A stretch of DNA of 64,000 nucleotides from a virus: the IMG/VR virus record IMGVR_UViG_3300044716_001642, positions 1 to 64,000 of that record; one strand, written 5' to 3'. The notes under the pieces were generated by a model that saw only the letters and a program-made list of their open reading frames with translations, made no database searches and was not told the origin of the DNA. Numbering within the stretch: position 1 is the first letter of the stretch; every line of letters begins with the position of its first letter. The position numbers and the translations under genes are program-made. Positions 15,433 to 24,101 of the stretch are shown piece by piece.

Positions 15433-15792
15433 TTATTTTATTTCGAGGGTTTGTGTTTTGGTTGTTTTTCCGACTTGTAGCATCCACTTTTCTGGATGTT
15501 TTGTCAAGGGGGAAAGATAATCTTTTGGAGTTGGGATGAATCCGCAATCCTCCATGAGATGCTGTTCAGATAAAAGTTTTGTAGGAATTTTTTGACCCTT
15601 GGAGTTGGTGATCGTATGTCCAAACTTTTCGATTGACCATTGGATGCCAGCAGAGTGATGCCTCAATGCCCTATGTGTCCAGTCCCCTGTGAATGCTTTG
15701 GTTTCGTCAAACCAGTCGTGCAGGGCGATGTAATCTTCTGGCTCACCTCCCCATTTGGCGGCAGAACTTTGAGCGTGTTTGTATGGCGTCAT
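15433..15792 (-). CDS. DUF6915-like protein (start revised to 15792)
   Basis: PYKHAQSSAAKWGG, HDWFDETK, HRALRHH, EQHLMEDCGFIP. Confidence 0.7.
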   Translation of the reverse strand: MTPYKHAQSSAAKWGGEPEDYIALHDWFDETKAFTGDWTHRALRHHSAGIQWSIEKFGHTITNSKGQKIPTKLLSEQHLMEDCGFIPTPKDYLSPLTKHPEKWMLQVGKTTKTQTLEIK

Positions 15793-15793
15793 T

Positions 15794-16060
15794 TTAGTTC
15801 CTTTCAAAGCAAATAAAAGCAGGAGTGCTTTCTCCCACCCAAGCTCCCTCAACATTAAATTGGAAGTATTCTTCGGCTTCATCATAAGACATATCTTTTG
15901 CAAGAATGTCGATGCACTTGGCGCGATCATAGACGGCAAAGACGCTGTTGAATTGAGTGGCGATGCCAACAAAGGCATCTTCGTAGCCAGTGGCTAAAGT
16001 AATTTCTTGATCCTCGCCCAAGCAAGAATCAATAGCATTTTGAATTTTGGTGGTTGACAT
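15794..16060 (-). CDS. Hypothetical phage protein
   Basis: GYEDAFVG...AVYD...EAEEYFQFNVEGAWVGESTP. Confidence 0.75.
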   Translation of the reverse strand: MSTTKIQNAIDSCLGEDQEITLATGYEDAFVGIATQFNSVFAVYDRAKCIDILAKDMSYDEAEEYFQFNVEGAWVGESTPAFICFERN

Positions 16061-16127
16061 GGTTTGGTTGGTTGAGTATCCAATGTAGGGTAATTTTATT
16101 AACTTGTCAAGCGGATTTTATACTACA

Positions 16128-16194
16128 TAACTTGTTGCCGCCCAGGTACTTGCGGGCCGGAGGGGCCCCTAAGTCGCTGATACTCAACAACTTA
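16128..16194 (-). repeat. 67-bp element, copy 12 (inverted)
   Basis: Core GGGCCGGAGGGGCCC on + strand. Confidence 0.9.
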
Positions 16195-16226
16195 AGGGTT
16201 GGCTTACTTGTTTTTATTAATTTGCT

Positions 16227-16493
16227 TTAGTAATCTATTTCAATGTAGATGAGCTGTCCTTCTTTGGCAAGGTTTTTATATTTCTCTTTGATCTCTGGCG
16301 TGTCCTTGTATGTGTCTTGGACTTTCCATACCTCATCGAAGTTTTCTTCTGTGAGTGTTTTTACTTCGTAAGATTCGCAGGAATTTTCATAATCAGAGAA
16401 GTGATCCTCCAGTTGGCTCAATAGTTTCTGAATGTATTCAGATTTGGTTTTGCCTTCTGGAATCCGTTTGATTTGTGTTTCGAGCATCCCCAT
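16227..16493 (-). CDS. Hypothetical protein
   Basis: ATG ORF after C/A-rich leader. Confidence 0.65.
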   Translation of the reverse strand: MGMLETQIKRIPEGKTKSEYIQKLLSQLEDHFSDYENSCESYEVKTLTEENFDEVWKVQDTYKDTPEIKEKYKNLAKEGQLIYIEIDY

Positions 16494-16662
16494 TTTAGGT
16501 TTAGTTTGGTTGTATTGTCGGTTGAGTATTTAATCTAATTTAAATTTATTGTTTTGTCAAGCTACCATTTTATGAAGGTTGATAGAATGATTCCAAGAAT
16601 TACGATTAGTGCGAATGACGGGTTTGTTGTTTCCATTTTGGTTTGTTGTTTTGGTTTTGTTG

Positions 16663-17379
16663 TTAGTATTGAATCTCATCTGTAAAGTCTCCCTCCTCAA
16701 GAACATAAGACCAGTAGCGCGAGTTTGTATAGCCTTGTTTTCTATCCCAATAAATGCAACGCGCAACATAGCAGGAAACATTATACTCGAAACACATTCT
16801 GACCCAATGATGCTCGATCTCTTGATATTTGTTTCTGTGCTTTGTTTGATCCAGTCCGTAAAGTTGGAATAGGTGAGTATCAAGGCAAGTGATCTCTGCT
16901 TCTGATGGGTAGAGCATCTCGATGCTGAAGCTGGATTTTGCCATACCCAAACCAAGAATAGTATCCTCGATACGATTGCGATATTCAGTCCAAGACTCGC
17001 CTTCTGCTTTCTTGTAGAAGGATGGGTTGCTCCAATACTTGATTGAGAACTGCTTGATAAACTTTACGCGATTGTTATACAGCCCTGCGCCACTCTCCCT
17101 CAAGCGATCCTCAAGAGCCTGCCAGTTGTTCATCCACTCCCACCAGTTTTTGATGAGAGAATACGCTTTGATATTGGACTCCCAAGAGGTATGGACGCTT
17201 GTAAAGGCGAAAAGGAAACGCTGAAAAATTTCCGTATCGTTGATTGGCTTGAGAGCAGACCAGTAAGCGGTCTGGAAGTCGATCTCATTTTTTGTCAATG
17301 AAGCAAAGAAAGCCTCTGCTTCGGTTGCGTCTATTCGGGCGATTGTGGTTGTTGGTAGTGTAGTGGTTGACATACTCAA
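16663..17379 (-). CDS. HhH-GPD DNA glycosylase, thermostable Ogg (N-glycosylase/DNA lyase)-like
   Basis: FLFAFTSVHTS, LEDRLRESGAGLYNNRVKFI, HhH ILGLGMAKSSF, CLDTHL, KYQEIE. Confidence 0.7.
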   Translation of the reverse strand: MSMSTTTLPTTTIARIDATEAEAFFASLTKNEIDFQTAYWSALKPINDTEIFQRFLFAFTSVHTSWESNIKAYSLIKNWWEWMNNWQALEDRLRESGAGLYNNRVKFIKQFSIKYWSNPSFYKKAEGESWTEYRNRIEDTILGLGMAKSSFSIEMLYPSEAEITCLDTHLFQLYGLDQTKHRNKYQEIEHHWVRMCFEYNVSCYVARCIYWDRKQGYTNSRYWSYVLEEGDFTDEIQY

Positions 17380-17437
17380 TCAAGGTATGCGTTTTTGATG
17401 GATGCGTCAATGAATTTTTTATAGAATATTCCTCGTG

Positions 17438-17504
17438 CAAGTTGTTCAACCAGAAGTACTTGCGGGCCGGAGGGGCCCGTAACTCACTGAGTTACAAGGC
17501 TTTG
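17438..17504 (-). repeat. 67-bp element, copy 13 (inverted)
   Basis: Core GGGCCGGAGGGGCCC on + strand. Confidence 0.85.
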
Positions 17505-17506
17505 CG

Positions 17507-17698
17507 TCATGAATTATACTGCAACCAATCTAAGATTTCTTGATAGTAATTATCATAAAGGAGAGCCCTTGCCTCTTCCAGCTCGCAGGTATTAACCAAA
17601 TCCAATACAAAATCAAAATTCTCTACATTAGGCATTTGACTTGATGTCAAATAAACTATAGCCTTCTTAACGCTTGAATTGATTAGATGTTGTTGCAT
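17507..17698 (-). CDS. Hypothetical protein
   Basis: ATG ORF, 63 aa. Confidence 0.55.
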   Translation of the reverse strand: MQQHLINSSVKKAIVYLTSSQMPNVENFDFVLDLVNTCELEEARALLYDNYYQEILDWLQYNS

Positions 17699-17772
17699 AT
17701 TTTTTTTTTTTTTAATTTAAATCTGGCGTTTTATTTTGACAGGATGACGCCCAACCCCCAATCCTCAAATTC

Positions 17773-18354
17773 TCAAGATAGCTTGAATACTCGGGCTGGC
17801 TTGCCCTTGCCTTGTGGCTTTGTGCCAACAATCTGTATTGTGTCTGGATTCTCGCGCTGAATCTTTGCAATCTCATTATTGATAACGAACTTCTTTACTC
17901 CAAGTTTAGCAGCGATATGCCCTACTGTAAACTCTTCATGGCGAGGCAATTGAATTGCGTGCTTCTTTGGGCGACCCGCGCCCACTTTTGTATGTTTAAC
18001 ATTCTCAATGCTCATTTTCTTTACTTTCTTTGTTTTAGGTTTTACTTCTTTTTCTTCTTCTTTTTTTTCATTTAAAATTGTATTTAAAATTTCTTTTGGA
18101 ATTGTTATCATGCCCTCCTTATTGATTGGTAGCTTTTGCCTCCCCACATCATAAGAGACCATTGTGGCTGGAGCGAAGAAGTCAACGAATGGTGAATAGC
18201 CCCCTGCATCTGTTTGTTTGTATCCCTGCACCTTGCAGGTTGACTCGCCGCCTCTGATGAGATACATTAGCTTGAATGTATCTTTAAGAGATTCTACGAT
18301 GAACGGAGCACCATCTTGCAGATTTTGCAATTGAGTTGTTCTACGCTGTTGCAT
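17773..18354 (-). CDS. Hypothetical protein with possible C-terminal HTH (start revised to 18354)
   Basis: GRPKK hook; FTVGHIAAKLGVKKFVINNEI; overlaps ruvB end. Confidence 0.6.
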   Translation of the reverse strand: MQQRRTTQLQNLQDGAPFIVESLKDTFKLMYLIRGGESTCKVQGYKQTDAGGYSPFVDFFAPATMVSYDVGRQKLPINKEGMITIPKEILNTILNEKKEEEKEVKPKTKKVKKMSIENVKHTKVGAGRPKKHAIQLPRHEEFTVGHIAAKLGVKKFVINNEIAKIQRENPDTIQIVGTKPQGKGKPARVFKLS

Positions 18355-19351
18355 CAGTAAACCCTCCCTCATTCTTGAAAACATACTTGCGGAGATACTC
18401 TTTGCCGTTTGCTGTGATCTCCCTGCCGCCAGCTTTAATCTGCATCAGACCTTTCTTGACAAGATAGGACTCAAACTCAAGCATGATGGCTTGCCGTGTG
18501 AACCCTGTCTTTGCTGACAAGTTGTTGAGGGAGCAACCAGTAGGGAACTCGCTCAATGCCTTGAGAACTTGAACCTCGGAACTCTCAAGACCCATAGGCA
18601 TGATACCAAGAACCTCGCAGAGAGTTTCCCAATGTTTCTGGCAAAGTTTTGAAACCTTGCCGCCCTTCATATACTGGACGATGTTATCCTTTGCCATCAA
18701 TACAGCGTTACGCGCATTGCCACGGCATACCGAAGCAACATGAGGCATTACATCTTCTGGAATCTCCAAGCCCTCATCAAGATTCTCGCGGACAATCCTT
18801 CCAAGGTCTGAATACTCGTATTCGTCCATGTGAAGAATACGGCAACGATCTTTGAAAGGCCCCACCAATTTTTGCGGATCAGTAGTGGCGAATACAAAGC
18901 TCACCTTCTTGAAGTCAAAAAGAATTTCTGAATCTTCATATCGAAACAAGTTACTATTCTTCTTGTTTGGATTAAGGATTGTAAGCAGTGAAGTTTGAAC
19001 GCTTTCTGGAAGAGCATGACACTCATCAAAAAAAACTGTCAAAGTTTGGTCATTAACATACTTGAGAACAATGTCTTCCACGAATTGTCTCACATTCTTA
19101 ACTGTGCTGGAATTGACTGTCAGCAAAGGCTTTGGGCGACCTCCCATAGCGTCGAGTCGAAGATTCCTTGCGAGGGAAACAGCGAACTCTGTTTTGCCAG
19201 AACCTCTACCGCCTACCAAAAGAATGGTTGGCAGAATTTGAGTCTCGCGGAAAGAGTTGAGATAAAAGCGAAGTTGCGCTTTCAATTTGTTCTGTCCGAT
19301 CAAGTGGGCGAAATGATCTTTCTCTTCTTGGGTTGTGTTTGTATCGTTCAT
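18341..19351 (-). CDS. ruvB: Holliday junction branch-migration helicase RuvB-like AAA+ ATPase
   Basis: LIGQ, Walker A GGRGSGKT, FFDECHAL, ATT, PFKDRC, GNARNA, ESYLVKKGLM...GREIT winged helix. Confidence 0.85.
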   Translation of the reverse strand: MNDTNTTQEEKDHFAHLIGQNKLKAQLRFYLNSFRETQILPTILLVGGRGSGKTEFAVSLARNLRLDAMGGRPKPLLTVNSSTVKNVRQFVEDIVLKYVNDQTLTVFFDECHALPESVQTSLLTILNPNKKNSNLFRYEDSEILFDFKKVSFVFATTDPQKLVGPFKDRCRILHMDEYEYSDLGRIVRENLDEGLEIPEDVMPHVASVCRGNARNAVLMAKDNIVQYMKGGKVSKLCQKHWETLCEVLGIMPMGLESSEVQVLKALSEFPTGCSLNNLSAKTGFTRQAIMLEFESYLVKKGLMQIKAGGREITANGKEYLRKYVFKNEGGFTDATA

Positions 19352-19415
19352 GGTTTAATATAGTAGTTGGTTTTTATACAATAGTCAAATAATTTTATTC
19401 TAAATCCGAATAATT

Positions 19416-19724
19416 TTATAGATTGATTGTCGCGTCTAATAGAGACTCATACTTCTTCCATGCCCTGCCCAATGCAATTGAATTTCCAACTTTCCTGCTG
19501 TAGTTTTCCTGCTCAGAGCAAACTGCCTTGCCAGACACATTGAATGTTTTATCTGGACTGGTTAGCTGAATTTCGGTAATGCCCCCCTTGGCTGAAACCT
19601 CGGAAGAACTTCCATTAAAGCGATCACGCAAAAAATAATTGCGCTGATGCAGGACGCGAACTTTCCAGCCGCGCTGCCGTAGATTTTTGATTGACAATGT
19701 TGAGTTTGGTATTTCTGGTTTCAT
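19416..19724 (-). CDS. Hypothetical phage protein
   Basis: GKAVCSEQENYSRKVGNSIALGRA motif. Confidence 0.7.
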   Translation of the reverse strand: MKPEIPNSTLSIKNLRQRGWKVRVLHQRNYFLRDRFNGSSSEVSAKGGITEIQLTSPDKTFNVSGKAVCSEQENYSRKVGNSIALGRAWKKYESLLDATINL

Positions 19725-19736
19725 ATTTTTATTTAA

Positions 19737-20072
19737 TTAAAATGGGTTTTCGTCAAATGTTTCCAGCTCTGCCTGTGGGGAAATATGGTCGTCATCCTTT
19801 GGCTCTTCTTTTACTTTGTTAGCCTTTGGAGAATCCGGCTCATCATTTCCGAAGTCAACAAGTTGCATCTCTGCCTTACCGCTACTCACGCAATGCGTGA
19901 CAACATCCAAGTTAGAACTAACAGCCTTCCCGTTAAGTCCAACAAGTTGTGCGTATCGGATAGACAAAATGACTTTTGCATCTGGTTTCAATACTCTGTT
20001 TAGTTCACTCAGTTCAACTTGCATGAAGCTAACTGACCCTGGCTTTCTTCCTCGTTGTTTTGACATACCCAT
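19737..20072 (-). CDS. Hypothetical protein
   Basis: N-terminal RGRKPGS hook; acidic tail. Confidence 0.65.
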   Translation of the reverse strand: MGMSKQRGRKPGSVSFMQVELSELNRVLKPDAKVILSIRYAQLVGLNGKAVSSNLDVVTHCVSSGKAEMQLVDFGNDEPDSPKANKVKEEPKDDDHISPQAELETFDENPF

Positions 20073-20120
20073 AATATAAATGAATTTTAATGTGAATGCA
20101 AGTATAAAGTATAGGATTGT

Positions 20121-20187
20121 TAAGTTATTGATACTGAGGCGCTTGCGGGCCGGAGGGGCCCGTAACCTGTTGATATTGAATGACTTA
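20121..20187 (-). repeat. 67-bp element, copy 14 (inverted)
   Basis: Same architecture. Confidence 0.9.
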
Positions 20188-20225
20188 TAAAGGTGCCAGT
20201 TTGCAACCTTAAAGAATAAAAATAC

Positions 20226-20255
20226 AAAAAAAATGGGAGGCTTGCGCCCCCCATT
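20226..20255 (-). terminator. Intrinsic terminator after rIIB
   Basis: Minus strand AAATGGGGGC-GCAA-GCCTCCCATTT followed by T-tract. Confidence 0.75.
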
Positions 20256-20280
20256 TCTTTCTTCAGTATGAGTTTATCTC

Positions 20281-21174
20281 TCAATCTTCTTCCTCGTCCC
20301 ACGCAAGTTCATTGTAGGCATCCTCATATCCTTTGCTGTATGCCTCGTCCAAGTCGTTTTCGGTGTAGAGAGGTTCACCATCAGAGGAAACAACAGAGTG
20401 CGAAAACTCTTCTGCCTCAACCTTGCGGTCTGTGTATTCGCGCAAGACCTCCATCTGGCAAACGCGCATCTTGGCGTTGTTGTAGTCTTTGGGAACTGCG
20501 ATAACATCAGCAGGATTCACCTTGACAATAACAATTCGATCAGTCGAATCGGAGTTAGAACCGAAGTGTGGCAGGTAGCTCCATCCCGCACAATGCAATC
20601 CATTTGAGCAAGTCCTGTCTCGGTCTGGATCAACCTCGTTGCGCTTCATCGTTGGCGTTGCGCCAACAGAGTAGTCAACAGAGTTGGAGTGAATGTCCTT
20701 CCAGTTGCCGCGAATCTTTTTCCACGCGAGGAAGTGACCATCCTCGGTGATTGGGATTTGGTTTGCCTCAAGGAACAAGTAGAGTTCTTGAACTGCCGTG
20801 TAGGATGGATTCTCCATCACATTCTCAAGGAACTTGACAAGTCCCGTTGCGTCCAGTCCCTCGCGCATAATGTCGAGGATGCGTTCGCACATAACATTGT
20901 GGAGAGGCTTGCCATCATACAAAACCTCGCCGCCAACAACTTCGACGCTACCATCGAAGGTCTGGTTGATCTGATTCTTGATTGTGGCGAGTCCTGCCGC
21001 TTCTGCATACTTGCCCTCTTTGCAGAGTTGGAGAATGTCGTTGAACTTGGGGTTTGAGTTGTCGATGACCGCAGTATCCTCGGAGAAGATAAGCGTGATT
21101 TGCTCCTTGGACACGAAGCGTCCGATGAGAGCTTGAGTTGCGTATGGGTTGGTCTGGTTGTTAGTTGTGTTCAT
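20281..21174 (-). CDS. rIIB: rIIB-like protein (start revised to 21174)
   Basis: NPSYTAVQELYLFLE, PITEDGHFLAWKKI, KDIHS, RNEVD...TCSNGLH, VKVNPADVIAVP. Confidence 0.85.
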   Translation of the reverse strand: MNTTNNQTNPYATQALIGRFVSKEQITLIFSEDTAVIDNSNPKFNDILQLCKEGKYAEAAGLATIKNQINQTFDGSVEVVGGEVLYDGKPLHNVMCERILDIMREGLDATGLVKFLENVMENPSYTAVQELYLFLEANQIPITEDGHFLAWKKIRGNWKDIHSNSVDYSVGATPTMKRNEVDPDRDRTCSNGLHCAGWSYLPHFGSNSDSTDRIVIVKVNPADVIAVPKDYNNAKMRVCQMEVLREYTDRKVEAEEFSHSVVSSDGEPLYTENDLDEAYSKGYEDAYNELAWDEEED

Positions 21175-21240
21175 AACAAAACCAATATGCACCTTTTTGA
21201 TTGGCGTGTCAAATTTTTTTTCAAGTTTTTTTTCAATACG

Positions 21241-21307
21241 TAAGTTGTTGGTAGCCAAGGACTTGCGGGCCGGAGGGGCCCGTAACTCGTTGGCGTTGAT
21301 ATACTTA
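21241..21307 (-). repeat. 67-bp element, copy 15 (inverted), between rIIA and rIIB
   Basis: Same architecture. Confidence 0.9.
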
Positions 21308-21326
21308 CATGAGCTGGGCGAAAAGC

Positions 21327-21360
21327 AAAAAGAAGGGGCGCGGCAACCACTCCGCGCCCC
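21327..21360 (-). terminator. Intrinsic terminator after rIIA
   Basis: GGGGCGCGG/CCGCGCCCC stem, T-rich tail on minus strand. Confidence 0.7.
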
Positions 21361-21398
21361 CAACCACCACTAACCATGATTTTTATTTAATTTTAATT

Positions 21399-23516
21399 CT
21401 ACAACGCATCAATCATGTTGATATAATCTGTGAGCGCTTTCTTGTAAGTGTCTGGATTGTATTCGTCTGAAACTGGCAAGACGAGAGGATACTTTTTAAT
21501 GATCTCGTTTACAAGATTCGTAAACTCACTCATTTCCTTGTCGATAGATGCTTGAGCATCAGCAATGAATGACTTATTGGCAAGGCGAATGAGGCTAATA
21601 GTTTTACTATCCATGCACTTCGATTGATCTTGAATGATTGGCTTGATTGTAGCCATTGCTTTGCCAACAATATGATTGGCAGGGAGAAGCGTAACCAATG
21701 ACTTGAGAGTTTCTGGCAACCCGCGCATTTCCCAGTTTTTAGAAAAATCGCGGAACTTACTCTTGAAGTTGTCCCAAGAAATAGCATTGATTCCCTTGTT
21801 GATCTGGTCTTGAAATTTTTTGTCTTGAACAAGATTGCAGAACTTAACAACAGGCTTGCCGTCGAAAGTCGAATCATTGAACTTGTCATAATCGGCTTTT
21901 GGAAGGAACAAGGCGGCAGTCTTCTGCTTTGATTCGTCAGAGAGAATCGCAATGATCGGGTCAACATAATTTGCTTGAAGTTGATCGTAAACCTTATTCG
22001 ATACCGAGGGGAACAGGATGAACTTTTCTGTGTCCTTGTGCGAGGCGGCGTTGTAAAACTCAACGCAATCGTGAAACCCATAGTTGCGACCAGAGCGCAT
22101 ACGGAATGTGCCTTTGGCAGTTGCGCCAGTTGAAGTCGAGGTCTTACCCTTGCTTGGAACTTTAGGCAGGGAACTTGTCAACACGAACTCTCCCACCCAT
22201 CCAGTTTCTTGAATGAACTTGGCTTTTTCAGAATCCTTGAGGATGTAGAAAGCGTATGAGGCATAGCTATCATTCTTTTTCTTTTCGAGGATGACTTGCT
22301 TTGCGCGACCAACGCCGCCCACCTTCAAATCGTCCAAGAATAAAAATGCTTTTTTATTCGGCTCAACATTCTTCTCTCCCTCGCTAACATTGATTTTCTT
22401 GTTCCATGATGCCGTGGCATACAGATTAACCTTTGCATCCTTAACCTGCATTGCAGTTGCGGTCAAAGGCTTGCCGTTCCAGTTGAGCTTGAGCGTATCT
22501 GGTAGGAAGGTGAAAGATTCGCGGAGGCTTTTCAGCTTGAGCTTTGCTTCCCAAGTGTTGCCCTTGAAAGCGTCCATGTCGGCTTGCATTTTTGGCAGGA
22601 AGGAGTCAACGATCTGTTCCAGCTTGGTGAACATCCTTGTCATCGTGAGGTCATCCAGTTGGATTGCCTCGCGGGATGGAGTGATGCTGTATTCACCGAT
22701 TGGAACATGGATAACAAGATTGCATCGGAGAAGTCTATCGAACTTGGCGAACTTTTTATTCTCCAAGAGAGTTTGAACAGGTAGGCTGTAACCCACGCCT
22801 CCCATGACAATGACAGGAGAACCACTGCCCTCGTAGATTGCGAAGTTGCTTGTGCCGCCATCAAAGGTCATAGCTTGAGGCGTGAAGTTGATATTCTTGG
22901 CAATGCCATCACAGAAAACTCGCGGCTTGATTGAGAAGAATCGGTAAGCTCTTTCGACCTTCTCGTTGAATTGAGAAACATGACGATCAGGGCAAAGGAA
23001 CTTTACCTCAAAGCCATTGCGTTCAGTAGTTGCCTCGCTCTTAATCAGTCGAATGTCGGGAAGTCCATTTGATTGCAGGGAGATGAAGTATTGCGACTTT
23101 GTGCCATTGAATCGGGAGATTGCTTGGAAGTTATTCACAAGCGAGCAAAGCGACCACTTGCCAACGCCGAACCCGCCAATGAGGTCATTGTTGCCGCGCT
23201 TGCTGGATGCCCCAATGATTGAGTAAATGCGGATCATTTGATCGTGAGAGATACCCACGCCATTGTCAACGAAACGAACATTGCCGTCGAGTCGTGAGGG
23301 AAGATGCAATTCCCATCCGAGGTCTTGTGTCCCTGCCTCGATAGTAGCATCAACGCAATTTGCACCCACTTCACGAAGGACTGCCATCGTTGGGTCTTGA
23401 TAGAGATTGGCAATCATGCGGAAGAAGTGAGCGATGTTCTTCTCGTCGATACCTACGGAAATAGTCTCGAAGTTGCCGTTGAATTGAACTTTGTTGGTTT
23501 TGTCTGCGATAATCAT
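21399..23516 (-). CDS. rIIA: rIIA-like protein with N-terminal GHKL ATPase
   Basis: LYQDPTMAVLREVGANCVDA, DNGVGIS, GGFGVGK, TPSREAI; upstream of rIIB. Confidence 0.85.
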   Translation of the reverse strand: MIIADKTNKVQFNGNFETISVGIDEKNIAHFFRMIANLYQDPTMAVLREVGANCVDATIEAGTQDLGWELHLPSRLDGNVRFVDNGVGISHDQMIRIYSIIGASSKRGNNDLIGGFGVGKWSLCSLVNNFQAISRFNGTKSQYFISLQSNGLPDIRLIKSEATTERNGFEVKFLCPDRHVSQFNEKVERAYRFFSIKPRVFCDGIAKNINFTPQAMTFDGGTSNFAIYEGSGSPVIVMGGVGYSLPVQTLLENKKFAKFDRLLRCNLVIHVPIGEYSITPSREAIQLDDLTMTRMFTKLEQIVDSFLPKMQADMDAFKGNTWEAKLKLKSLRESFTFLPDTLKLNWNGKPLTATAMQVKDAKVNLYATASWNKKINVSEGEKNVEPNKKAFLFLDDLKVGGVGRAKQVILEKKKNDSYASYAFYILKDSEKAKFIQETGWVGEFVLTSSLPKVPSKGKTSTSTGATAKGTFRMRSGRNYGFHDCVEFYNAASHKDTEKFILFPSVSNKVYDQLQANYVDPIIAILSDESKQKTAALFLPKADYDKFNDSTFDGKPVVKFCNLVQDKKFQDQINKGINAISWDNFKSKFRDFSKNWEMRGLPETLKSLVTLLPANHIVGKAMATIKPIIQDQSKCMDSKTISLIRLANKSFIADAQASIDKEMSEFTNLVNEIIKKYPLVLPVSDEYNPDTYKKALTDYINMIDAL

Positions 23517-23614
23517 GGTTTGGTTTGGTTGGTTGGTTGAGTCTCTAATATGCAGGTTTTTTATATCGAGGTCAAGGGATTTTCTTAAAAAAGTTTTAGA
23601 ATCTTTTGCTCGCG

Positions 23615-23681
23615 TAAGTTGCTATCGTTCAAGGACTTGCGGGCCGGACGGGCCCCTAAAATGCTGATAATCAACAACTTA
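23615..23681 (-). repeat. 67-bp element, copy 16 (inverted)
   Basis: Core GGGCCGGACGGGCCC on + strand. Confidence 0.9.
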
Positions 23682-23882
23682 AAAAATCAAGTCAATAATT
23701 TATCCTATAATATACTATACTTACATCATTCTACAAAATCCTATTAATCTTTTTTTATTAAACCTCCTATGGTTTTTCTTTATTCTCCCATATGGGATAC
23801 GGAACGTCCGTAGATCGAACGACTTGTGTGCTAGCGTTACCCATAATTAAATTTGAATTAATTGTTGTAAGTTGGGGTTTCG

Positions 23883-23907
23883 TAAACCATTGAGAATCAG
23901 GGACTTA
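23883..23907. repeat. Isolated single 25-bp arm
   Basis: TAAACCATTGAGAATCAGGGACTTA. Confidence 0.55.
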
Positions 23908-23990
23908 CGTATACGTATAAATGTGCGCACAGGCTGGTGGGCGATTGGGCGGATGATCGTGCGCCGGATCGGGCGTATCCATATACATAT

Positions 23991-24089
23991 TATTTGGCGA
24001 CTTCGCGTTCGCAAATACCATATATTATTTGGCGACTTCGAGTTCGTAAATCTGACCTATATTATTTCGGGCCAAATCATTCGCAAATA
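23991..24089. repeat. Three copies of a 27-bp imperfect palindrome TATTTG-N11-TTCGCAAATA
   Basis: Copies at 23991, 24026, 24063. Confidence 0.85.
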
Positions 24090-24101
24090 CAGCATTCATT
24101 T

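Noticed and set aside
16557-16955. 132-aa and 87-aa ORFs overlapping the glycosylase
   Set aside because: Alternate-frame or antisense shadows of a motif-supported gene.
20268-23540. Multiple antisense/alternate-frame ORFs over rIIA and rIIB
   Set aside because: Shadow ORFs expected in GC-richer coding DNA; no independent signals.
3877-23681. 67-bp elements as a CRISPR array
   Set aside because: Intervals are 0.5-2.6 kb and contain whole genes; copies are degenerate; no cas genes.
3877-23681. 67-bp elements as integron attC sites
   Set aside because: No RYYYAAC/GTTRRRY ends or extrahelical-base pattern, cassettes have their own promoters, and no integron integrase is in the window; kept only as an analogy.
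23991-24089. 27-bp tandem repeats as a mini-CRISPR
   Set aside because: Spacers are only 8-10 nt and repeat interiors vary.
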